Assembly: GCF_001194135.2 (NCBI RefSeq)
Contig: NC_068990.1
Span: forward strand, 11,433,973 to 11,497,972
Length of the DNA: 64,000 nucleotides
Reading direction: 5' to 3'
Source: Octopus bimaculoides
Taxonomy: Eukaryota
Part shown: positions 53,715-64,000 of the stretch, in pieces
Numbering within the stretch: position 1 is the stretch's first letter
Layout of the letters: each line of letters starts with the position of its first letter
Translations under genes and position numbers: made by a program
The notes under the pieces: model-generated
The model's input: the letters and a program-made list of their open reading frames with translations, nothing else
Database searches by the model: none
What the model was told of the DNA's origin: nothing

Positions 53715-54305
53715 AATTTCAAATTTTGGCACAAGGTCAGCAATTTAAAAAAATTTATTTTTGGTGGGGGTCAATTACATCAAGCCCCCAGTGTTCAACT
53801 TGTATCTATTTTATTGACCCTAGAAGGACGAAAGGCAATGTCAACCTCGATGGAATTTGAACTCAGAGCATGAAGGTGGACAAAATGGTGCTAGGCATTT
53901 TCCCCAGCATGTGAATAATTCTTATTTCCTTATTGCCCACAAGGGACTAAACATAGAGGGGACAAACAAGGGACAGACAAGGGGATTAAGTAGATTACAT
54001 CGACCCCAGTGTGTAACTGGTACTTATTTAATCGACCCCGAAAGGATGAAAGGCAAAGTCGACCTCAGCGGAATTTGAACTCAGAATGTAGTGGCAGACG
54101 AAATACCTCTAAGTATTCTACCAGCTCACTGCCACATGTTAATAATTCTGCCAGCTCCTCACCTTTACTCAGTAATCAATACTGGTTTCAAATTTTGACA
54201 CAACACCAGCAATTTCAGAGAAGTTAACTCAATACATCAACTCCAGTGTTCAACTGGTACTTATTTTATTGACCCCTAAGAGATGAAAGGCAAAGTCAAC
54301 TCAGT
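53715..54305 (-). mobile_element. Head-to-tail array of 3 SINE family B copies
   Basis: GACCC..GAAAGGATGAAAGGCAAAGTC motif three times. Confidence 0.8.
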
Positions 54306-54685
54306 GGACCCTTTTGATACCAAACTTCCCAAGACTTCCCTTGACCCCCTCATTCACTGACACAAACTTTCCATTTTAAAGTGATTTAAATTAAAAACTT
54401 CCATCACAGTTTCATGTTAATTTATTTTCCAAACATCAGCTTAATTAGAAAAAAGTTATTTTACTAAATATTTCATTATTTTCTAATTCAATTAAAGTAA
54501 AAGCAGTGTATTTCAACAAAAATAAGGGGAACAAAACGATTCAGTCACATTTCAAGTGTTTTATGAAGATAAGATCGAAAATCTAAAAGCAACAATAATA
54601 ACCCTCTATGTTTATGCTTTTATGATAAGCATACTAATTTCTTCTGTGTGAATTTAGTTACTCATCTATCCTAACGTTCCTGCAG

Positions 54686-54736
54686 AAATATAACCATGCT
54701 ACCGTGACATTGATTCAAAAAGCCACATTTATTCAG
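54686..54736 (+). other. Candidate coding exon (51 bp, phase 0 to 0)
   Basis: Branch-like cctaac, acceptor gttcctgcag and donor CAG|gtaatg; only one frame open, KYNHATVTLIQKATFIQ. Confidence 0.4.
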
Positions 54737-55639
54737 GTAATGTTTTATTAGAAAATGAGAACCTGTGAATCTAACATCAGTAGTTAAAAATACACCCTTA
54801 AAAAATACAAATACTGTGAAATGAACAGAACAAAATTGTATGCTTTCTGCTGATGCATTTGGTATGATGTTTGTTGACTGCCACTGGATTTTGAGAACAT
54901 GATAGAGGTAAGTGAAACACTTTTAAATGCTGAAATGGGAATATCATGTAATATATTGCAGTCAAAGAGGAGAGCAGTAAATAACTTCCAGGCTTTTGCA
55001 ATCAGATCTCCATGGTTTTGGCGATAGAAAGGATAATAAAATTCCTGCAGTTCCTATAAGACGCCTAACAATACCAGAAACTGGAAAATATCACACTTCC
55101 TGTCACTAATTTTATAGACAAATATATATATAATAAAAGTAAGTGTTTCTAATTTTGTAATAGCATGAAATACTTTCTTAAGAGAATTCATGAGTGCAAA
55201 CATAAACATGACCTCAGCAACAGCAAAAACTGAATGATGTTAATTTCCGGGAGTGAAGAAGTGTTCCATATTACCAACAAAGTGAACCAGTCACAGCACT
55301 AACATGATAAGTACTACTTGTCTGGACCTGGGAGGCCGGCTCATGTCATATAATCACAGCACTAGAATAACAATTGTGTATACAACTGGTATCAGCCCTA
55401 AAGGAATACTAAAGTGCTGTGGAGGGATTCTAACCACCCTCAAGTGACTAAAAGGTTGACTGACTTGTTATATAAAACAAAGAACTGTGAGCAATTGGCA
55501 GTTCTGGTTGGTAAGCAGTTCACTGTGAGCCTTTGATATGGAGCATTGAGTCTCATGTAATAGTAATAGTAGTGTGGCATATATATACTTTCTTCCCCCT
55601 GCTTCATTATATTATATATCCAATACAAGGATATAAAAT

Positions 55640-56125
55640 AAAGTCACCGTCATCATGTATCATATATCTACACCACATTAATGGCATTACAATGGCAGAC
55701 TATATCAAGCCAGTTCTTGATATTGTCTGTCCATTGTGTTCTTTGCCTTCCTCTTGATCTCCTACACTCCGCTCTTCCATCCATGATAATGTTTTCCAGA
55801 CCTCTGCTTCTTCAAATATGGCCATTATAAATGAGGTCTTGTTCAAGAGTTGTCATTTTTCACCTACCTGTTGTAAAATCCATTCATTAGTCTGATGGTC
55901 CTTGTAAGAGACTTGTAATGTTCTCCTACACACTCACATTTCAAATGCATTCATTATGTTCTCTTCAAATTTGTTCAGGATCCATTCTTCACAACCATAA
56001 ATGCCTGTTGGCCAAATGAGCATTCATACTGACATTGTTTTTAACTTCGGTGGGACACTTTTGCCACTCCAGATTTTATTAAGTTGTTCCATAGAATTTC
56101 AAGAAGCATTGACAGTTAGCATCAG
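55640..56125 (-). mobile_element. RTE-clade LINE 3' region
   Basis: MEQLNKIWSGKSV..IWPTGIYGCEEWIL..NAFEM*VCRRTLQVSYKDHQTNEWILQQVG. Confidence 0.8.
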
Positions 56126-56259
56126 CAAAAAAGAATAAGAGAGCGTAGCAGTTTAAAATCAATACAATTACCATGTAGAAGTAAAGGATTTACATTTTGG
56201 TCTTCAACTGAAACATCAGCCCTCTTTTTTTTTTTCTCACAATAACTCCTTTTATTTAA

Positions 56260-56640
56260 ATTACCACACCATAGCTTTCTTAAGCTCATGGAGACGAGAA
56301 TGTGTTTGTGAAAGATTTATTCCTTTAAGTACATCAGGGCAACAGCCAGCAGTTACTTCTGCCACTCGAAGCCTCCTCAACCAGAAGTCTAGTTTGCTGC
56401 AGACCAGCTCACTAGCTAGCCAGCAGTAAAGTTCCTGTCTACACTTCATCTATCATAAGTCCTGCCCCACAACACTTCCTTTCACACCAAAGTATCATAT
56501 TTTCATATTCAGTTAACAAATTCTTCCAAAAGAGAGAAAGTTGACTACATGTCAGGGTTGCTTCATGGTTGCAAATGTTGACAACTTCTTCATTGTCTGG
56601 TATGGAAAGGTAGGCAACTTTCGCAGAAACTAGCATCCAC
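56260..56640 (-). mobile_element. Probable Tx1/L1-like LINE fragment (EN-RT linker)
   Basis: FWKNLLTEYENMILWCERK and WLRRLRVAEVTAG resemble Tx1 linker segments; weak. Confidence 0.35.
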
Positions 56641-56645
56641 AGGTA

Positions 56646-56966
56646 TAATCACTATGCCATATGCCCGTGGGCATATGGAATAGTGGTAAAGAGCACGGGC
56701 TACTAACCCCAAGATTCCGAGTTCGATTCCAAGCAGTGACCTGAATAATAATAATAATAATAATAATAACAATAATAACAACAACATCGAAAAATACCTT
56801 AGGAATGAGAACCCAGGTTCGAAATTTCCCCAAGACACCTAATGAAGGTTGGAGGGTATATCAGCCGAAACGTTGTGTTAACAATAAACAAGATGAGGAC
56901 AAATATCCATCAAATGTAAATAATGTAAATAATGTACATAATTCTTCATCGCTTAAATATAGAACT
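56646..56966 (+). mobile_element. tRNA-headed SINE-like element with inverted 5' duplication, (AAT)n linker and hammerhead-bearing tail
   Basis: A-box-like TGGAATAGTGG, B box GTTCGATTCC (56721-56730), hairpin 56650-56685 and hammerhead 56834-56879. Confidence 0.75.
56834..56879 (+). ncRNA. Minimal type I hammerhead motif, core mutated in this copy
   Basis: GACAC-CTAATGA-A-GGTTG gagggtatat CAGCC-GAAACGTT-GTGTT; 5-bp stem I and 5-bp stem II; CTAATGA instead of CTGATGA. Confidence 0.65.
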
Positions 56967-57604
56967 GTAATAATAGAAATGTTTATGGTTGATAAGTGTG
57001 AAAGGTCTTTTATTTTCAGACAGCCTGAGCAGGGTTAACCTGAGGTAAACATTAACATAGTCAAGAAAGCTTGTAACTATTTTTTCAGTTCTATATCATT
57101 ATCTGTCTATGTTAATTATGGTTTATGAAATTTTCCATGAAAAAGTTTACGGATATAGTTCTTTTTTCTCATGATCGCTCTTCCAGACACATTAATTGGA
57201 TTATGCTTAAGGAACCTTATTTTCTATGGTATGTATAGAAATATATATATACTCCGCATCATCTTGTCATACTATGAAAACACATGACTAACCCACTTTT
57301 AATCATGGGAAGATGCAGCTATACCAAAGATTGTTAAAATCAACATTTAAACGACAAATCTGAGTAATGAGGGTTGTATTTGGGAGAAAAAGAAAAAAAA
57401 AAAAAAGAAAAATGAAGCATTTTATCTTTCAATTTTTTTTTAGTTGGATAGTTAACATTTTAACTCTCCAACCAGACACAAGAGGATAGAGTCAGGGAAG
57501 ATAAAAGAGTCAATGATCAGATCAAAAACCTATTTTGAAATGGAGTATGCTCTAGTTAAAAATAAAGCAATTAGAAGGAAAAATATGGCAACTAAGGTTA
57601 GTAG

Positions 57605-57605
<1 letters not shown>

Positions 57606-57639
<34 letters not shown>

Positions 57640-57682
57640 CCATCATCATCACCTTTACCATCATCATCATCATCATCATCAT

Positions 57683-57714
<32 letters not shown>

Positions 57715-57770
57715 TCATCATCACCATCATCATCATCACCTTCACCATCATCATCATCATCATCATCACC

Positions 57771-57819
<49 letters not shown>

Positions 57820-57857
57820 CCACCACCATCATCATCATCACCACCATCATCATCATC

Positions 57858-57923
<66 letters not shown>

Positions 57924-57960
57924 TTCACCATCATCATTGTCGTCGTCGTCATTGTTGTAG
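57606..57960. repeat. Long (CAT)n/(CAC)n microsatellite
   Basis: Direct reading. Confidence 0.95.
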
Positions 57961-58299
57961 NNNNNNNNNNNNNNNNNNNNNNNNNNNNNNNNNNNNNNNN
58001 NNNNNNNNNNNNNNNNNNNNNNNNNNNNNNNNNNNNNNNNNNNNNNNNNNNNNGGTAGTATTTATGCTGGTAGCTGGTTACTACCTATAAACGTTAGGTA
58101 TCCACAAGTTTCCAGCAGTCTTTCAAGTGCTTAGAACCTTCCTGATAATCCTTGCTGCTCCTATGTTATTATTAGTATTATTTTTATTATTATCATTATT
58201 GTTCAGTAGTTTTATTTTTATAGCGTGCTTTCACTTCACTACCGAGCACAGCTCTGTGCGCCTTGGGCATGTGCTGTGGTTTGCTGTGATGCTCTTATG

Positions 58300-59230
58300 C
58301 TTACTGTATGCTCTTATGTCCCCTGTGTAATGACAAACTCCAGTCAATGGACCATCTCGTGAGTTCTGCAAGGCCACTCTCACTGATAGCAGATACACAT
58401 GGAGGCACAACAGAGTACTGGAAGAATTGACCACTTCAATTTGGGACCAAATGCAGCAGGATAAAAACAAATCAAGTGTGGCCTTCATTACTAAAGGAGG
58501 AAATGAAGAAGATAAATGGATATGAATTTGTGGCAAGAAAGGACCTACTTGGACGTGAGTATTCCTGGGAAATGGCTGCAGGCATCAGTGAGAAGTACAA
58601 GAACTACCCAGAATGGTTTGAGACCAGACGTTGTCTTATGGTCTGAACAGGGTGCCAAAGTGATTCTCATTGAATTATCAGTACAATACAAGAGCCGCAT
58701 AAAAGAGCAGCTCATCTTTAAGATGAGCAAATATGGTGAGGTGGCAAAGCAGTTAGGGCGTAAACGTTACCACTGTACTATGGAACCAGCTGAACTTGGT
58801 TTGCAAGGTTTTGTGGCTGCATCAACCTGTCAGCTACTCAGGCAGTTGGGTACCAAAGGCTGCAGAACTGCCACGATCAGACACTTGTTTATGTTGCTGA
58901 AAAGAGTTCAATGTGGATATGAGCGAAGAGGAATGCAAATGGATCTAGCTATGAATTCTATTGGTTATTTATAGGAATAGAAGGGAGAAGAGAAGTGATT
59001 CCTTCTTTGATCAGTGTGTCTTAGTGGGCTTATGAACACAGATTCAAAAAGAATGACCTAGGTTCAAATCCTGCTTGAGGTGGGATTTTGGGAAACAGCA
59101 AGAGGACACCTTGGAGTCATGCCTTGGGTGGGCCTGGCTCCTGTAGAATGTCAGGTATAAGGACTGAAACATTTGTCAGATGAGAGTTCTTCCTCTGAAG
59201 ATCTCTCCTGCTGTGCACTCACCTTGCGAT
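58300..59230 (+). mobile_element. HERO/NeSL-like RLE retrotransposon 3' end (zinc knuckle, RLE domain, 3' UTR)
   Basis: CPLCNDKLQSMDHLVSS(C)KATLTDSRYTWRHNRVL; LRPDVVLWSEQGAKVILIELSVQY..K..KYGEV..EPAELGLQGF (ORF 58516-58974). Confidence 0.85.
59146..59209 (+). ncRNA. Hammerhead-like motif with non-circularly permuted strand order
   Basis: GAATG-TC-AGG ... GAAA-CATTT ... CCT-CTGAAGA: 6-bp stem III, GUC triplet, 3-bp stem I and both core segments; stem II imperfect. Confidence 0.55.
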
Positions 59231-60422
59231 GAGTTTCCGTTATGTTTTTCATAGTTCAAACTACACAAAGGAGTGTGTGAAAAGCAAAACAGAAATTTTG
59301 AAAGAAGTTTCTATGAAACTAGTTTCATTATCATCATCATCATCATCGTTTAACGTTCGCCTTCCATGCTAGCATGGGTTGGACGATTTGACTGAGGACT
59401 GGTGAACCAGATCAAATAACTATGGGAGGTCCACCAGAATAAAATCGTAATCAAAGGCGGCCATAGATAAAAAAAATGGTTGGGAACCTCTGGGTTAGAG
59501 TATAAATAGAGGGAAAGGAACAGATGCCTTGCAGTAGGGGATGTACATGGTTACCCCAGCTGGAAAATAAAGAGTATGGTGCTGATGATGTGCCAGAAAA
59601 TAGCCTCAATTTTCAGGAAGGTGAATAAAAGAGAATTGGTATGGATAAAGAAGAAAGTTCACAGGGGTGTGAGAGGTGAGTGGCAGGTGGATGGGGATAG
59701 TCACAGAGGGAAACACAGTGAGTGATGAACACAGGTAATGATCAGCAGGGTCAGATAAAGACCCATAGAGACTCTAAGCATTTAAAAGATTTTGGTGCTC
59801 CTGCACATAAGTAATTCAAAATATAAACAATATGATACCGTAAAAAAATTAAAATTTTTCAAAATGAAACAAAACTTATAGTGACATGAAAAATAATGCT
59901 TATTTTTGTATACTTCCATTTTATTTATAATTGAAAAGTTTTCTCCAGTTTTTTTAATTACAAAATCTCTAATCAGATCTTCACTATAACACCATGAACA
60001 CTTTAAAATTACATTTCTGATAATATAAACCACTTCGAATATTATTTTAGCAAGTTTAATGTGATTTCTTTTGTGCCATAAACCATTTACCATTTCTGTA
60101 ATGCCCCTACTTCCCTTGATACCCTAAGCACCTGCTTATTTTGCTTAATGGTTAATTTAGCACTGATATTGACAGATCAATGGGAAATAGATAATATTTT
60201 AAGGATTATTCTACAAGAAATTAATTCCTGTAAAGGGAAAATGAAACAGATCGAGCCATCAGATTAAGCATCTTTAAATTTTAATCTTTTGATAGAAATG
60301 CATTTAGAAATAGCTGAAAGAGGTGTGTTACAAAGAAATATATTATCCATATATAGAAAACACTGAAATTGCTGTATGTTGTATAAGTTGCCTGGAAGAG
60401 TAATGTGAAAATGTCACTGAAA

Positions 60423-60510
<88 letters not shown>

Positions 60511-61236
60511 CAGGGTGCAGTGAATAGATTGTCATTTAAATTACGTAAAAATGAGAATAACACTGGCATCTCGTTTTAGCAGATATATTTATCAAAATTA
60601 CATAATAATAATATCTTGAATTACTTTGGAGTTTTGTTGGTCTCTTGTTCAACTGCACCCCACACAAAATAATGAAGGCGGTCGCAACCTGGGGAGTAAG
60701 GTGGCCAGATGTTAGGGGTGATGTGGTCTCAGAAATTGTCTGACAACCATAACTGGCTTCTCCTGCTTGTGTGGCATGGTACAGAGTCCTGTTGCCAAAC
60801 ATAGGGTCTTCCAGCAGCCACCCTCTTGTCCCAGGGATGCCCTACCACCTCCAGGCACTTGATGTAGTCCTTCGTGTTGAGTCTGAGGCAGTGTGGGAGG
60901 ATGAATAGAGGCATAACGTTGCCATGACTAGTGATCACTCCAAACAGCATGATGTTGACTGGATGTTTGATTTTTATCATTCTCAGGAGATGTTTCGGGG
61001 ACATGGCAAGCCATCAGTAGTTCCACTCATAATGGTGCTTCCATCATGAATGCCAAACAGTACAGTATGTCATTTCCAAATTTCTGGCAGAGTTAATTGC
61101 ACCTTGGTACTGTTTTTCTCGCAGAAGTTGCCCAATTGACCCTACTATACTATGTAGTCAACAAGATCAAAATCAAACAATGTGCATGCATGAAATTAAA
61201 AATACGAAATGACAACAATTTACCCATCACACCCTG
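60511..61236 (-). mobile_element. Internally deleted mariner-superfamily (maT/DD37D-like) transposon
   Basis: TA-flanked CAGGGTG...CACCCTG termini; KHPVNIMLFGVITSHGNVMP..WQQDSVPCHTSRRSQLWLSDNF*DHITPNIWPPYSPGC. Confidence 0.85.
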
Positions 61237-61268
61237 TATATATATATGTGTGTATATGTATATATATA

Positions 61269-61299
<31 letters not shown>

Positions 61300-61306
<7 letters not shown>

Positions 61307-61502
61307 CTTATTTCAGTCACTTGACTGAAATCATGCTGGAGCACCACCTATAGTCAAACAAATCAACCATGGGACTTATTCTTTGTAAGCTTACTACTTA
61401 TTCTATCGGAATCTTTTGTCAAACTGCTAAGTTACAGGGACATAATCATGCCAACATCAGTCACCAAGTGATTGTGGGGAGGGGACAAAGACAAGAACAC
61501 AT

Positions 61503-61551
<49 letters not shown>

Positions 61552-62360
61552 AGAAAAATCATAGATTATATGTGGTGGATTTGGAAGATATCAGAACAGC
61601 AACATTAAATGGAAATCATAAATATTCTAAGAACATGACAAAGAATAAGAAAGACAGAAATCAATAAACAACAATTGTACAATAAAGCCACTGACTTGGC
61701 TGTGTGGTTCAGAAACTCACTTCACAACCATTTAGTTTTGAGTTCATTCCCACTGTACTGCACCTCAAGCAAGTATCTACTATAACCCCAGGCCAATCAA
61801 TGCCTTGTGGGTGAATTTGGTAAGTGGAAACTATGTAGAAGCTCATCACATGTAGATGTGTGTCGGTGGTCTTTGTGTCTCTGTTTGCTATGACCACCAC
61901 CAGTGCTGGATTGGTTACTTCTTTTTAACTTAGCAGTTCAGCAACAGAGGTTGCTAAAATAAAAACCACACTTAAGAAAAAAAATGCAATGTACTGGGGT
62001 CGATTTGTCTGACTAAAACCCATTAAGGTGGTGCCCCAGTATGGCCATAATTTCGAACATGGTGAAATATAATATGTGTTACTCTTTTACCTGTTTCGAT
62101 CATTTAACTGCAGCCATGCTGGAGCACCGCTTTTAGTCGAACAAATTGACCCCAGGACTTATTCTTTGTAAGCCTAGTACTTATTCTATTGGTCTCTTTT
62201 GCTGAACCTCTAAGTTATGGAGACGTAAACACACCAACATCTGTTGTCAAGCGATGGTGGGGGGGGGGGCAAACACTCACACACACAGACAAACACACAC
62301 ACACACACATATATATACGATGGGCTTCTTTCAGTTTCCGTCTGCCAAATCCACTCATAA
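61300..62360. mobile_element. Cluster of three SINE family A pieces in alternating orientation
   Basis: Tail (-) 61300-61500, diverged copy (+) 61695-62060 and body (-) 62085-62360. Confidence 0.75.
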
Positions 62361-62374
62361 ATTCGCACTGTCTT

Positions 62375-62875
62375 CACCTTATTATTACTATTATTATTGA
62401 GTGAGAGAAGTGTGCATGCCATCAAAGTGATTTTTGGGTGCAAATATACGAAGCCCAATATATCCATCACGACTAACCGTCTGATAAGGGTGAACCAGGT
62501 TCATGCATCACAACCATATGTATGTAATGTGGCGATCTCATATCAAGGTAAACAGCATATGACCTTGCAGGTGGGTCCCTGAACAAGGTTTGCTTCCAGG
62601 GGGTAATTATTCAAACCCCAAAGAATCCCTCTCGACACATGGCTATGATGCTCCCCCACTACTCCTGCTCGTGATCAGAGATACGTTTATTGTCAAACAC
62701 TAAGGGACCTGTTCAACTGGTGAAGGTTAAGCAACTGACAAGGAAATCTGTGGTATTGAGCAGAATATTTGCTGCAGCCCATCTTCTATATCAAGACAAA
62801 ATATGTACATAATAACATTTCCAATCAGTTAAGATCAGAAGCCATGACAACCAGTACCTGGTACTGCATGAGAGC

Positions 62876-62953
<78 letters not shown>

Positions 62954-62960
62954 CGTTATT
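62375..62960. repeat. Unclassified ~500-bp interspersed element bounded by (ATT)n
   Basis: GC-richer block between two (ATT)n tracts; no ORF recognised. Confidence 0.35.
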
Positions 62961-63630
62961 ATTTTTATAATTATTATTATTTAGATGTACCTCTGTTGCA
63001 TTATATAATTTATGAAATAACTGTTTTAGTCAAAATGAATATAAAATTTTTATATTCTCGATAGTACAATTAGAAACAATTTAATGATAAAATTTAATGA
63101 CAGAAATAATATATATATGTATATGATATATATACATACATATATGTGTGCATATACATATGTATATATGCATTGATGGCTGTATATATACATATGTATA
63201 TATATATATATATATATATNNNNNNNNNNNNNNNNNNNNNNNNNNNNNNNNNNNNNNNNNNNNNNNNNNNNNNNNNNNNNNNNNNNNNNNNNNNNNNNNN
63301 NNNNNNNNNNNNNNNNNNNNNNNNNNNNNNNNNNNNNNNNNNNNNNNNNNNNNNNNNNNNNNNNNNNNNNNNNNNNNNNNNNNNNNNNNNNNNNNNNNNN
63401 NNNNNNNNNNNNNNNNNNNNNNNNNNNNNNNNNNNNNNNNNNNNNNNNNNNNNNNNNNNNNNNNNNNNNNNNNNNNNNNNNNNNNNNNNNNNNNNNNNNN
63501 NNNNNNNNNNNNNNNNNNNNNNNNNNNNNNNNNNNNNNNNNNNNNNNNNNNNNNNNNNNNNNNNNNNNNNNNNNNNNNNNNNNNNNNNNNNNNNNNNNNN
63601 NNNNNNNNNNNNNNNNNNNNNNNNNNNNNN

Positions 63631-63677
<47 letters not shown>

Positions 63678-64000
63678 TATACATACACACCTATAAGTTT
63701 GTATGTGTCTATATATATGCACATACCTACACATTCTTACACACACACACATATATATATATATGGTATGCATGTGCGTATAGAATTACTTACATAAACA
63801 ACTTATGATATGGTTTATATAACATTCAAATCCTACAGAAATAGTAGACGGAATCTTCAGCCATCAAGAATCCACATAGCCATAAACAAATAAAAGATAG
63901 GAGATACCAAGGCAACGAAGCAAATAAAATTACACAAATGGTAAGAGAAAAAATACCTGTAACGAAATATATGAAAAAGGAAATACATAAATTGTGATCA

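Noticed and set aside
54828-54906. Exon ending at a perfect GAG|gtaagt donor
   Set aside because: No pyrimidine-rich acceptor, and stops in all three frames
56439-56636. 65-aa ORF with a good acceptor as a host exon
   Set aside because: It and the adjoining frame resemble a Tx1/L1 linker, and the donor is weak; not fully excluded
56669-56742. tRNA gene
   Set aside because: No proper acceptor stem or clean cloverleaf; it continues into a microsatellite and repeat tail, so it is a SINE head
59580-59610. CTGATGA...GAAA hammerhead-like spacing
   Set aside because: Helix II too short and no helix I or III pairing

Overview
AT-rich, repeat-dense animal genomic DNA from a gapped draft assembly (17 N-runs, most flanked by microsatellites). 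The repeat families look like those of an octopod cephalopod; this is my inference from recognition, not a database result. No host gene can be named with confidence; only a few short candidate exons were found. Most of the window is transposable element debris: many tRNA-derived SINEs, decayed LINEs (RTE, R4/Dong-like, CR1-group, Tx1-like, HERO-like), a rearranged Mag-type Ty3/Gypsy element, a Penelope-like 3' end, Tc1/mariner and maT remnants, and hAT- and piggyBac-like MITEs. The long ORFs in the track are mostly artefacts of N-runs and triplet repeats. The most interesting signals are four hammerhead-ribozyme motifs. One has its strands in a non-circularly permuted order in the 3' UTR of a HERO-like retrotransposon (59146-59209). 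One sits in a tRNA-headed element with an inverted 5' duplication (56646-56966). One has an intact minimal core in a Penelope-like end (27219-27252), and one is degenerate (41071-41104). Also notable are a fold-back inverted duplication inside the Gypsy element and head/tail shuffling among SINEs. All coordinates and alignments were done by eye; TE boundaries are approximate.
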